A DNA stretch of 62,877 nt from Blastocatellia bacterium (GCA_039812885.1 JBDIBI010000015.1:1-62877); one strand, 5' to 3'; shown: positions 1 to 9,451, numbered from the stretch's first letter. Numbers and translations are program-made. The notes: generated from the letters alone by a model not told the origin.

Positions 1-107
1 ACTACATTCTTGTCTCTTCCCTCTTCACCATTGGCATAGGAAGATACAACTGTACCCATCCAAAATAGTGCTAATGTAATTGCGATAGCTAAAGTTTTGA
101 GTTTCAC
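1..107 (-). CDS. Partial secreted protein; the N-terminus lies in the window and the gene runs off the left edge
   Basis: Minus-strand translation from GTG at 105-107 gives VKLKTLAIAITLALFWMGTVVSSYANGEEG. This is a classic signal peptide with an AxA-like cleavage site. It lies downstream of pstS on the same strand. No mature domain is visible. Confidence 0.35.
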   Translation of the reverse strand, partial: MKLKTLAIAITLALFWMGTVVSSYANGEEGRDKNV

Positions 108-256
108 TTTTTTCTCCTAAGCTAGGTTTGGCTTGGGTTATTATAATTTTGTTTTTGTAAAACCAAAATTTTCAGGAATTTTTATAACCCAGCTAAACTA
201 ACTACTTTTTTATCAATTGTTTTGTTTTACTAACAACCATTTGAGTTTATAGAGTT

Positions 257-1354
257 TTATAAAGCTAGGGCTTCGCCTTTAGCTTTTAAGCCCTTAACTT
301 TATCCTCAACTTTTTTAACTACTTCTGCTGGGAGTGGAGCATAATTAAGATCTTTAGCTAATTTTTGACCATCACTCATTGCCCATTTAATAAATTTAGC
401 CAAAGCTTCAGCTTTAGTTTTGCTGTCCATATCTTGGTAAACAAGTAGGTAGGTGTAGCTAGATATTGGATAAGCTCCATCACCTTCTGCATCGGTAATT
501 GAGGTTCTCATATCATCTGGAAGTTGAGCTACTGTGCCACTAGCTGCCGCAGTAACTGAATCTGGACTAGGAACAACAAACTTTCCAGCTTTGTTTTTTA
601 TAGAGGCAACAGGCATTTTATTTTGTACTGCATAAACTAATTCAGTATAACCAATAGCGCCTTCTACTTGTTTAACTTGACCTGTTACACCTTCGTTACC
701 TTTTCCACCTAAACCTACAGGCCAGTTTACAGAAGTACCTTTACCAACTTTATCTGCCCAAGTTTTACTAACTTTGCTTAAATAATCTACAAATACTGCT
801 GTAGTACCGCTACCATCTGAACGATGTACTACTGTAATTTCTTTATCTGGCAATTTAAGATCTTTATTATCTTCTACAATTTTAGGATCATTCCATTTCT
901 TAATATCCCCTAAGAAAATACCTGCTAGTACATCAGAAGTAAGTTTAAGTTCACCATTTACACTAGGTAAGTTATAAGTTGCTACAACAGCCCCTAAAGT
1001 AGTTGGAATATGAACTATTGGCTTTTTCAAAGTTTTTTGTTGATCATCTGTCATTGGAGCATCTGAAGCACCAAAATCTACTGTTTGCTCAGTAATTTGC
1101 TTGATACCACCACCAGATCCTATTGATTGATAGTCTATTTTAACATTTGGGTTTGCTTTGTTATATTCACTAATCCATTTAGAATAAAGAGGATAAGGAA
1201 ATGTTGCACCTGCTCCTTGTAAGGAAATTGTATCACCTTTTCCAGCATTACCACCATCTGTCTTTGTTCCAGAATCATCTGGCGCACCAGCGCAAGCTGT
1301 CCAAATTAATGAAAAAAGCATCGTTACTAAAACAAGATAAAATTTCTTTGACAT
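257..1354 (-). CDS. pstS: Phosphate ABC transporter substrate-binding protein PstS
   Basis: 365 aa with an N-terminal signal and lipoprotein-like Cys. Carries the motif GAGATFPYPLYSKWISEYNK and a TSDGSGTT-like region typical of the PstS family. Sits divergent from phoU. Confidence 0.85.
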   Translation of the reverse strand: MSKKFYLVLVTMLFSLIWTACAGAPDDSGTKTDGGNAGKGDTISLQGAGATFPYPLYSKWISEYNKANPNVKIDYQSIGSGGGIKQITEQTVDFGASDAPMTDDQQKTLKKPIVHIPTTLGAVVATYNLPSVNGELKLTSDVLAGIFLGDIKKWNDPKIVEDNKDLKLPDKEITVVHRSDGSGTTAVFVDYLSKVSKTWADKVGKGTSVNWPVGLGGKGNEGVTGQVKQVEGAIGYTELVYAVQNKMPVASIKNKAGKFVVPSPDSVTAAASGTVAQLPDDMRTSITDAEGDGAYPISSYTYLLVYQDMDSKTKAEALAKFIKWAMSDGQKLAKDLNYAPLPAEVVKKVEDKVKGLKAKGEALAL

Positions 1355-1434
1355 AAAAACCTTTCTATTTATCTACCTACTTTTATTTGAATTAAGAGTG
1401 CTTTAATTTATTTGTCTGTAGTCTAATGAATGGT

Positions 1435-1494
1435 TGTAAAGTGTCTGTTAAGCGACTGTAAAAAGTCTGTAACAGTCATGTAAAATTTATGTAA
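1435..1494. promoter_or_regulatory. Array of six phased 11-bp direct repeats with core TGTAA, a candidate PhoB/PhoP (Pho box) binding array in the pstS/phoU divergent promoter region
   Basis: TGTAA or TGTTA occurs at 1435, 1446, 1457, 1468, 1479 and 1490, an exact 11-bp periodicity equal to one helical turn. The units are gtctgttaagc, gactgtaaaaa, gtctgtaacag, tcatgtaaaat and ttatgtaaata. On the pstS strand they read TTACAG or TTACAT, resembling TT(A/T/C)ACA PhoP-type boxes. The E. coli Pho box is likewise a CTGTCAT direct repeat with 11-bp phasing. Confidence 0.5.
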
Positions 1495-1595
1495 ATAAGG
1501 GATTTACTGCTAATTTTACCTATAGAAGTACTAGCAGAAAGCTTAAAAAAAAAGTATCCTTTAGCACGTAATCATTCTACTTTTGGAGAGGTAAA

Positions 1596-2255
1596 ATGCC
1601 GTTTGAAGATGATGCACTTAATCTGCTGCGTGATAAAATTCTCCTCTTAGGTGGTGCAGCAGAAGCAGCAATTGCTAATGCGACTCAAGCTCTTTTAGAA
1701 AGAGATGCAGAGCTAGCAGAAACAGTTATTGCTGAAGATGATGAGATTGATCGGATGGAAAACGAAATTGATCAATATTGTAGTGATCTTTTAATTAATA
1801 AATTTTCTGTGAATTTAGATGCACGCTTTGTTATTTCTATCTCACGAGCGGCTCAAATAATTGAAAGAATAGCCGATCATGCAGTAAATATTGCTAAGCA
1901 TGCACTTGTATTAATTGACGAACCTAACCTTAAAACTCGGTTAGAAATAGCTAAACTAGCTGCTATTGCTCAAGAAATGCTCTTAGGTAGCTTAGATGCT
2001 CTTACTCGTTCAGATTGCCAATTAGCTTTTAACACTATTCATAAAGATGACTCAGCAGATCAGCTTTTTCATACCATTTATAACCAATTAATAGCTACAA
2101 TGGAACAAGACTCTAAAACTATAAGAAGAGCTGTCGAATTATTATTTACAATAAAACATCTAGAAAGAATTGCTGATTATGCAACTAATATTTGTGAAAT
2201 GGTAATTTATCTAGTAGAAGGTCGATTAATTAAACATACTCCAGAAGCAAAATAA
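1596..2255 (+). CDS. phoU: Phosphate signalling complex protein PhoU
   Basis: 219 aa. The duplicated PhoU-domain helices with acidic and His motifs (ERIADHAVNIAKH and ERIADYATNICE) are diagnostic of PhoU. Confidence 0.85.
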   Translation: MPFEDDALNLLRDKILLLGGAAEAAIANATQALLERDAELAETVIAEDDEIDRMENEIDQYCSDLLINKFSVNLDARFVISISRAAQIIERIADHAVNIAKHALVLIDEPNLKTRLEIAKLAAIAQEMLLGSLDALTRSDCQLAFNTIHKDDSADQLFHTIYNQLIATMEQDSKTIRRAVELLFTIKHLERIADYATNICEMVIYLVEGRLIKHTPEAK

Positions 2256-2298
2256 CTATCTGGAATTACGTAAAATAATCTATTGTGTAAAGTAAGTT

Positions 2299-3009
2299 AT
2301 GCTAAATAAAAACCGTATTTTAGTTATTGAAGATGATGAAGATATAGCCAATAATATTAAGTATAATCTAGAGCGTGGTGAGCCACATGAAGTTCTAATT
2401 GCTTTAACAGGTGAAGCAGGATTAGAACTTTGTGAAGGCAATGATTATGATTTAATAATACTTGATCTTAACCTCCCTGGAATGAGTGGTTTTGAATTAT
2501 GTAGGGCACTTAGACGAAGACAACGCACTTCACATGTACCAATTTTAATGCTTTCTGCACGTAGTAGCGAAGATGATAAAGTACATGGTTTTGATCTAGG
2601 AGCAGATGACTATGTAACTAAACCTTTTAGCATGCGTGAATTAAAAGCACGGGTTACAGTTCTGCTTAAACGTCGTAGCGAACCAATTAAAGCCACACCT
2701 TTTGATGATGGGCAACTAATGGTAGATTTTGAACAAATGTCTGTTCGTTTCCGTGGTCGTCCTGTTACTCTTACCCGTAAAGAATTTCAACTCTTAAAAT
2801 TACTATTAGAAAGCCGTGGGCGCATCCTTACCAGAGAACTATTACTAGAACGTGTATGGGGGTTAGAATATTTAGGCGAATCACGAACCATTGATGTGCA
2901 TGTTTCTCGTTTACGTCAAAAGTTAGGTGGAGATGAATATATCCAAACTGTAGTTGGGCTTGGGTATCGTTTTAAAGATCCTAAACAGGTAGAAGAATTT
3001 GATGAATGA
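2299..3009 (+). CDS. phoB: OmpR/PhoB-family response regulator (receiver domain plus winged-helix DNA-binding domain)
   Basis: Receiver domain carries the phospho-acceptor region DLIILDLNLPGMSG. The C-terminus has the OmpR-family winged helix (TRKEFQLLKLL...VWG...RTIDVHVSRLRQKL). Its position between phoU and a PAS histidine kinase supports a PhoB role. Confidence 0.7.
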   Translation: MLNKNRILVIEDDEDIANNIKYNLERGEPHEVLIALTGEAGLELCEGNDYDLIILDLNLPGMSGFELCRALRRRQRTSHVPILMLSARSSEDDKVHGFDLGADDYVTKPFSMRELKARVTVLLKRRSEPIKATPFDDGQLMVDFEQMSVRFRGRPVTLTRKEFQLLKLLLESRGRILTRELLLERVWGLEYLGESRTIDVHVSRLRQKLGGDEYIQTVVGLGYRFKDPKQVEEFDE

Positions 3010-4108
3010 AAATATTCTTAGCTCTTCAAATAGTAGCAAAATCAGGGAAGAGGTAACCAATAACCCTCTACTTAGAGCTTTGCTAGATGTAGTGCGTGAA
3101 GCTGTTTTAATAGTAGATTTAGACACTAAAATTGTCTTTACCAATCGTGCTGCCCGTGAGATATTTGCTTTTCCCACTAGTGATCAACCAGGGTTGCGTT
3201 TAACAGATGTAACTCGCAACAAAGAAATTTACACTTGTTTTACTACTTGCTTAAAAGAAAAAAATCTTTTTGAAAAAAAGATACACCTTCATACTAATAG
3301 TGGTGAACGGAAATTGGATCTTAAAGTAGAATCCATTACAACTACGGATTTAAGTGGTATAGAAAAAATTATAGGTGTAGTAGGAACATTTTTTGATAAC
3401 ACAAAGTTGGAAGCATTAGAACAAATGCGTCGAGAATTTTTTGCTAACCTTTCTCACGAATTACGAACACCTCTTACATCTATTGAAACCTATGCTGAGA
3501 CTTTGCTTTCTGGTGCACTTTATGACAATGAAAACAATGTAAAGTTTGTGGAAATAATTGCTAAACATGCAGCACGAATGCGCAATCTAGCCCAAGATAT
3601 TTCAGATCTAGCCGCAATAGAATCAGGCAAAGTGGCTATGCGTCCGCAACGAATAAAGATTACTCAAACAGTTCGTGAAGTGGCAGAACTCTTAAAAGAC
3701 GCTATTAACTCTAAAAAAATCTTATTTTCTAACCAAGTTCCTGAAGATTTATATGTTTTTGTAGATGCTAAAGCCTTAGAGCAAATTCTTTTTAACCTAG
3801 TACAAAACGCAGTAAATTTTAATCAGCCTAATGGCTCCATTACTGTTACAGCTAACCCTTGCGGGGATTATCAATTAATTAAAGTAACTGATACTGGAAT
3901 TGGTATAGAAAATAAACATATTCAAAGAATCTTTGAGCGTCTCTACAGAGTTGATGAATCTCGTTCAAGAAAAGAAGGTGGAACAGGTCTTGGTCTGGCA
4001 ATTGTTAAGCATTTAGTTCAAGCTCAAGGAGGAGCAATTTTTGTAGAAAGCACTCCTAATCAAGGTAGTACGTTTTCAGTCTCACTACCAACTTTTAAGA
4101 CAAGTTAA
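2999..4108 (+). CDS. phoR: Sensor histidine kinase, PhoR-like (PAS, HisKA and HATPase_c domains)
   Basis: H-box FFANLSHELRTPLTSI, N-box QNAVNF, G-boxes DTGIGI and GGTGLGLAIVKH. The start overlaps the upstream regulator by 11 nt. The PAS-like N-terminal region appears to lack long transmembrane helices. Confidence 0.65.
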   Translation: MMNENILSSSNSSKIREEVTNNPLLRALLDVVREAVLIVDLDTKIVFTNRAAREIFAFPTSDQPGLRLTDVTRNKEIYTCFTTCLKEKNLFEKKIHLHTNSGERKLDLKVESITTTDLSGIEKIIGVVGTFFDNTKLEALEQMRREFFANLSHELRTPLTSIETYAETLLSGALYDNENNVKFVEIIAKHAARMRNLAQDISDLAAIESGKVAMRPQRIKITQTVREVAELLKDAINSKKILFSNQVPEDLYVFVDAKALEQILFNLVQNAVNFNQPNGSITVTANPCGDYQLIKVTDTGIGIENKHIQRIFERLYRVDESRSRKEGGTGLGLAIVKHLVQAQGGAIFVESTPNQGSTFSVSLPTFKTS

Positions 4109-4345
4109 CAAAATTCTTGTAACTCATTATATACCAACAATAAAGCATTACCTTATTAGAGGTTTATCTAATAAGTATTTATTTCCTGTATTTTTGGAAC
4201 AAATATCTTACTCCCCCGTTTAACTCCTAAGACTGTTTTAATAGTCTTTAAAAACTTTCCGTTTTATTAAATAAGTATTTTAGTTTATTATTTTTTATTA
4301 ATTAAAATTTTGTAAATTTTATTAAAACTTCACTAGGATTTTATA

Positions 4346-5638
4346 ATGTCTACTCAATTGCCTATAGCATCGAGCAAAAAGAAGATTTTATGGCTTTCTC
4401 CTTTAATCATAATAGCTTTATTAATTCCTATAGTATTAAAAAGTGGCATTTCTTTTAATCCAAACAATATGTTTGCTAGTTTTTCCTCTTTACCTAAATT
4501 AGGTAAAACACCTCCAAAACTAGAAACTGTTACTATAGAAAAAGGAAAACTAGAAAAAACGTTTATACTAGATGGTGAACTACGTGCAGTAAGAGCAAGA
4601 TCTGTTTTTGCTTCTGGTGATAATGAAAGCAAAATCACTTATATGCCACTTGAAGGAACTAATATAAAAACTGGAGAGCGTTTAGTTGAGTTTGATAACT
4701 CCCCTGTTTCTAATAAGGTTCGTGAAGTTAAAGAGAAAATTATTTCGGCAGAAAATGAACTAGTTGAAATGAAGTCTAAGCATGAGTCTGAACTTCGTGA
4801 TTTGCAAGTAGATTTAAGCCGCTATTGGCTAGCTTATGAACAAGCTAAAATTGAGGCTAATGTTCCAGAAAATTTAATTGCTCGCCGAGATTATCAAGAA
4901 CGCCAACTTAACTTAGAAAAAGCTAAAACTGAGCATTCTAGCCATTTAGCTAAAATTGATAAGAAAAAACTAGAACAACAATCAGAATACCAAGCTAAAA
5001 ACCTAGAAAAAGAAAAACTAGAAGTAGATTTGCGTAAACTAGAAAGTCAGTTAGAGAGCCTTAATATCAAAGCTCCAACAGATGGAATTGTTATTTATGC
5101 AGATCATATTTTTGAGCCTCGCAAAGTTCAGATTGGAGATGTAGTTTGGAGTGGTTTTCCTGTAATCAATTTACCTGATTTAAGTGAATTAGAAGTTCTA
5201 TCACAAGTTAATGAAGTTGATGGACCAAAACTTTCTGTAGGCCAAAAGGCTCAAGTATCTTTAGATAGCTATCCTGATATTAAAATTAACGCCAAAATAA
5301 AAGAAATCTCTCAAACAGCAGCTAAATCCCGAACTACACGTTCAGATACCACTAAGATCTTTAAAGTAGTGTTCTCTCTAGAAAACACTTTAACAGATAT
5401 AATGAAACCCGGTATGTCCACACAAATTGTTATTAACCTAACAAATACAGAAGCACAAATACTAGTTCCCCGTTCCGCTGTAATATTTAGCAATAACCAA
5501 GCTCAAGTAACAAAGCTAGTTGGTGAACAATTACAAACATTTACAGTTAATATTTTAGATTCTGATACACATTTTTATGCAATCGCTCAAGATAACAAAT
5601 TACAACAAAGTGATAAACTTGTTATATCTCAAAACTAA
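4346..5638 (+). CDS. HlyD-family periplasmic adaptor (membrane fusion) protein, paralog 1
   Basis: N-terminal transmembrane anchor LWLSPLIIIALLIPIVL, a long coiled-coil, then a beta-barrel or lipoyl-like region (APTDGIVIY, QIGDVVWSG). Confidence 0.7.
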   Translation: MSTQLPIASSKKKILWLSPLIIIALLIPIVLKSGISFNPNNMFASFSSLPKLGKTPPKLETVTIEKGKLEKTFILDGELRAVRARSVFASGDNESKITYMPLEGTNIKTGERLVEFDNSPVSNKVREVKEKIISAENELVEMKSKHESELRDLQVDLSRYWLAYEQAKIEANVPENLIARRDYQERQLNLEKAKTEHSSHLAKIDKKKLEQQSEYQAKNLEKEKLEVDLRKLESQLESLNIKAPTDGIVIYADHIFEPRKVQIGDVVWSGFPVINLPDLSELEVLSQVNEVDGPKLSVGQKAQVSLDSYPDIKINAKIKEISQTAAKSRTTRSDTTKIFKVVFSLENTLTDIMKPGMSTQIVINLTNTEAQILVPRSAVIFSNNQAQVTKLVGEQLQTFTVNILDSDTHFYAIAQDNKLQQSDKLVISQN

Positions 5639-5641
5639 CTT

Positions 5642-6892
5642 ATGGGATTTACTATGATTAAAAAGCTTCTTAAAACCTTTTTTACTCTAGTACTTTTAGC
5701 TGCTGTTGCTATTTCAATATTTTTTCTTTCTACAAAGTTCTTTCCAATGCCTAAAGCAGTAACTAATGTAGAAGAACTTTTGATTGTTCCTAAAAAAGTT
5801 AAACTCTCGGTTGACTCAAATGGAGTGTTAAAAGCAGAGCAAGTTCAAAATTTTGGTGGCCCTCCAGCTTTTGAAAATCACTGGCAGTTTAAAATTAGCA
5901 ATATGATTGCTGAAGGCAAAGTAGTGAAAAAAGATGATTTATTGCTTTATTTTGAAGCTCAAGGAACATTTGAAGAACTTCAACAAGCACAAAACGAACT
6001 AGATCAAGCTAAAAAACAAGAAGAAAAAATGAAGGTTCAAATAGCTTTAGAAGAAGAAGGTCTTAAAGCTAAAGTAGCTGAAGCTCAACACAAATATGAA
6101 AGTGCAAAGCTAAAACAACAAACTAATGCTGAATTAGCAACTTCAAATACCATAGAAAAAGACCGCTTAGCCGTTGAGCAAGCTCGCCAAGAACTTGCTG
6201 CTTTAGAGGAAAAACTACTTTGGTATAAAAAATCTAGTGAAGCTAGTTACAACATAGTGGTAAGCCGTAAAGCTCGCGCTGAAAACAAAGTAAATAAAGT
6301 CCAAGCAGGCATGGCTCAGCTACAAATCAAAGCAGATCGTGAAGGTGTAGTAGTTTATAAAACCCGTTGGAATGGGGAAAAATTTCAGCTTGGAGAAAAT
6401 GTTTGGTCTGGTCAACCAATTATGGAAATTCCGGACTTAAAAACTATTTTTGCTCAAGCTTATGTTCCAGAAGTTGATATAGGTAAAATTAAGGTAGGAC
6501 AACCTGTAGACGTTAACATTGACGCTTTACCAGGACAAACTTACACAGGAAAAGTAAAGTCTATTGGTAGGCTGATTCATTCTAAATCTTGGGATATTCC
6601 TAACAAAGTTTTGGATGTTGAAATTGCACTAGACAATATTGACAGTGTTGTTATGCGTCCTGCAATGAGCTTAAAAGCCAAATTTGAAACGGCTAGTTTA
6701 GATAACGCTATTGCTATACCTCTTAGTGCAGTGCAAGTTGGAGCTATTGGGAATTTGGTAAAAATAAAAACTCCCAATGGTTGGCAAGAAAAACAAGTAA
6801 AACTAGGTGAATATACTGGCACAGATGTAATTGTTAATGAAGGACTTAGTGCTGGTGATAAAATTGCTAGTGACTTTACTAAAGCAAAATAA
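5642..6892 (+). CDS. HlyD-family periplasmic adaptor protein, paralog 2
   Basis: Transmembrane anchor FFTLVLLAAVAISIFFL, coiled-coil (QELAALEEKL) and a C-terminal barrel (KVGQPVDVNIDALPGQTYTGKV). The more likely start is the ATG near 5654. Confidence 0.7.
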   Translation: MGFTMIKKLLKTFFTLVLLAAVAISIFFLSTKFFPMPKAVTNVEELLIVPKKVKLSVDSNGVLKAEQVQNFGGPPAFENHWQFKISNMIAEGKVVKKDDLLLYFEAQGTFEELQQAQNELDQAKKQEEKMKVQIALEEEGLKAKVAEAQHKYESAKLKQQTNAELATSNTIEKDRLAVEQARQELAALEEKLLWYKKSSEASYNIVVSRKARAENKVNKVQAGMAQLQIKADREGVVVYKTRWNGEKFQLGENVWSGQPIMEIPDLKTIFAQAYVPEVDIGKIKVGQPVDVNIDALPGQTYTGKVKSIGRLIHSKSWDIPNKVLDVEIALDNIDSVVMRPAMSLKAKFETASLDNAIAIPLSAVQVGAIGNLVKIKTPNGWQEKQVKLGEYTGTDVIVNEGLSAGDKIASDFTKAK

Positions 6893-6894
6893 TT

Positions 6895-8169
6895 ATGCAA
6901 ATAATAAAAAAAATTCTTTCTATCATCTTTGTTGTTCTACTCTTATCAATAGGTGCTGTAGCAGGATTTAGAAAAGTTCAAGAATTTCTAGTCCCTGCTA
7001 AAACTCTGTATGTTCCACTTACTCTACAACTTACACCTCAAGATTTTGCAGTTAAAATTCAAGCTCCTGGAGAACTCCAATCCTCAGAAACCACTAAATT
7101 AGTTGTACCTAATGTCCCAGCAGAAAACCTTCGTATTGCAACAGTTGCAGCCGATGGGAGCTATGTTAACAAAGGCGATCTGTTAGTAGAATTTGACCCT
7201 ACACAATTAAACTTACAATTTCTAGAACAAAAATCTAATTTAGAAATAGCAAATCACAAAATAAGCAAAAGTGAATTGGCTGCCGAAGTAGATAGGTCTG
7301 ACTTAGTCAAAGAAAAAAAAGTTAGTCAGTTAGAGCTAGATAATATCTCACAATTTCAGCCAAAAGATGAGCTTATTTACTCTAAACGTCAAATTCTAGA
7401 AGGAGAATTAAACAAAGATTATACTGAGAAAAAAATTCTTCTAGCTAATGCTCGTCTAGAATTAAAAGGCAAAGTTTATTCATTAGATGAAGCTATTTTG
7501 CTTTTAGAACAACAACAAGCCAATGCCAAAATTAACCAAGCAGAAAAGGCTCTTTCTTCACTTAAGCTCACTTCTCCAACAGCTGGAATTGTTGATTATA
7601 AAGACCGTTATAGTGGTTTTTGGGCAATAATGCCAGGCCGCAATGTTTACCCTGGTATGGCCTTATTTGACCTGATAAACCCTAACAAAATGGAAGCTAA
7701 GTGTTATGTTTTAGAAAAAGATGCTGGACAACTAAAAATTGACCAAAAAGTTATAGTTACACTAGATCCTTTCCCAGGAAAAGAATTTACTGGAAAAGTG
7801 AAAAATATTGATAATCTTGCCCGCCCCATTGACCGTGATTCTCCTGTAAAGTATTTCCAAACTGTTATTTCATTAGATACTAATGAACCTGCGTTGATGA
7901 AACCAGGTATTAAACTCAAAGCTAATATTCAAGCAGAAGAAATAAAACAAGCTTTAGTTGTTCCTAGAAGTGCCTTACTAGAAAAAGATGGTAAGTATTT
8001 TGCTTATGTTCAAGTAGGAACTCAATTTGAAACTAAGCCTGTTACGCTTGGACAAGGTGATTTAATTCAAGTAGTTATAACCGAAGGTCTAAAATCAGGT
8101 CAAACTATTGCATTAAATCCACCTAATGCTAAACAAAGTTTTTCACAAAAAGATCCTAATAAAAAATAG
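6895..8169 (+). CDS. HlyD-family periplasmic adaptor protein, paralog 3
   Basis: Transmembrane anchor ILSIIFVVLLLSIGAVAG, coiled-coil, SPTAGIVDY and FPGKEFTGKVKNI. Same architecture as the two preceding genes. Confidence 0.7.
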   Translation: MQIIKKILSIIFVVLLLSIGAVAGFRKVQEFLVPAKTLYVPLTLQLTPQDFAVKIQAPGELQSSETTKLVVPNVPAENLRIATVAADGSYVNKGDLLVEFDPTQLNLQFLEQKSNLEIANHKISKSELAAEVDRSDLVKEKKVSQLELDNISQFQPKDELIYSKRQILEGELNKDYTEKKILLANARLELKGKVYSLDEAILLLEQQQANAKINQAEKALSSLKLTSPTAGIVDYKDRYSGFWAIMPGRNVYPGMALFDLINPNKMEAKCYVLEKDAGQLKIDQKVIVTLDPFPGKEFTGKVKNIDNLARPIDRDSPVKYFQTVISLDTNEPALMKPGIKLKANIQAEEIKQALVVPRSALLEKDGKYFAYVQVGTQFETKPVTLGQGDLIQVVITEGLKSGQTIALNPPNAKQSFSQKDPNKK

Positions 8170-8212
8170 AAGTTAATTTAACTAACTCTAAACTTAAGTT
8201 GGGTTTACATAA

Positions 8213-9451
8213 ATGGCATATTTATCAGACTTAAAATTAGCAATAGGAAATCTTCAAACCCATAAATTACGCACTTTTCTAACTATGTTAGGCATGATTT
8301 TTGGAGTTGGGGCTGTAATAGCAATGCTTTCCATTGGTGCAGGTGCAGAACAAGAAAGCTTACGTATTATTGACACTATGGGAGTGCGTAATATTATAGT
8401 AAAGGATAAAGAGTTTAAGGACGAAGATTTAAAGAAAATCAGAGAAACATCTCTAGGTTTATCACTAAGAGATGTTCAAGCAATTCAATCTGTAACTCCA
8501 CAATTAGAAACCTATTCAGCTAAAAAGAAGGTTAAAACTTTTCAAATATTTTCTTTTTCTGGGAAAGCAGATGATTCAAATGTTCTTGGTGTAAGCCCTA
8601 CGTATTTTAGATTAGCTAAATATAATTTATTAGAGGGGGGCTTTTTTTCTGAAATAGATGAGAAAAACTATGAACAATTTTGTGTAATAGGTTCAAGAGT
8701 TAGGCAAAAGCTTTTTAACAAAGTTTCCCCTATAGGTAAACAAATTAAAATCAATAAGTTATGGTTTACAGTTATTGGAGTTTTAACCGATAATAATTTA
8801 GGCAAAGATGAATTTGAAGGTGTTAAACTACAAGACTTTAGCAATGATATTTATATTCCTATCACAACAGCACTTAAGAAATTTGATCTTAAGCGTCTAG
8901 AATCTGAACTAGATGAGCTTATTTTAAGTGTTAAAACAACAGATACACTTAAGGCAAGTGCTGTGCTTATCAATCAAGTAATAGTTAATACTCATAACAA
9001 AGCTGAAGATTTTTCCATAGTGCTTCCTCGTGAGTTATTAGAACAAAATCAAAAAACCCAAAACATTTTTAACATTGTAATGAGTTGTATTGCTGGCATT
9101 GCGCTTTTAGTAGGTGGTATAGGAATCATGAATATTATGCTAGCAAATATTCTAGAACGAACTCGTGAAATAGGCATTCGCCGAGCTATTGGAGCACGTA
9201 GGCGAGATATAATGCTGCAATTTCTTATGGAAGCTCTGACAATAAGCTTATCTGGTGGAATTTTAGGTATAGTCTTTGGCTTTGGAGCATCTCGTTTAGT
9301 AGCTATTTATGCTGATTGGACAACAGTTGTAACTAGCACTTCAATTATTATGTCTTTTGGTGTATCAGCTAGTGTAGGGTTGATTTTTGGAATTTACCCA
9401 GCTATTACAGCATCCCGTTTAAACCCAATAGATGCACTACGTTATGAATAG
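8213..9451 (+). CDS. ABC-transporter permease of the MacB/FtsX family (MacB-like periplasmic domain plus FtsX 4-TM domain), with no ATPase domain
   Basis: N-terminal transmembrane helix LRTFLTMLGMIFGVGAVIAML, a periplasmic domain of about 200 aa, then a C-terminal FtsX domain (IGIRRAIGARRRDIMLQFLMEAL). There is no Walker A or B motif in this ORF or adjacent to it. Confidence 0.75.
   Translation: MAYLSDLKLAIGNLQTHKLRTFLTMLGMIFGVGAVIAMLSIGAGAEQESLRIIDTMGVRNIIVKDKEFKDEDLKKIRETSLGLSLRDVQAIQSVTPQLETYSAKKKVKTFQIFSFSGKADDSNVLGVSPTYFRLAKYNLLEGGFFSEIDEKNYEQFCVIGSRVRQKLFNKVSPIGKQIKINKLWFTVIGVLTDNNLGKDEFEGVKLQDFSNDIYIPITTALKKFDLKRLESELDELILSVKTTDTLKASAVLINQVIVNTHNKAEDFSIVLPRELLEQNQKTQNIFNIVMSCIAGIALLVGGIGIMNIMLANILERTREIGIRRAIGARRRDIMLQFLMEALTISLSGGILGIVFGFGASRLVAIYADWTTVVTSTSIIMSFGVSASVGLIFGIYPAITASRLNPIDALRYE

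Noticed and set aside
2923-3177. 84-aa minus-strand ORF overlapping the phoB/phoR junction
   Set aside because: It is antisense within two well-supported genes and has a low-complexity translation.
4160-4285. Repeated 11-mer AATAAGTATTT (about 4171 and about 4270) upstream of the HlyD cluster as a regulatory site
   Set aside because: It occurs only twice, about 98 bp apart, in very AT-rich DNA. Chance occurrence is plausible, and there is no phasing or palindromic structure.
4346-8169. Three HlyD ORFs as fragments of a single frameshifted pseudogene
   Set aside because: Each ORF has its own N-terminal TM anchor, coiled-coil and C-terminal barrel, and its own start codon. Their lengths (416-430 aa) are each full-size for an adaptor.
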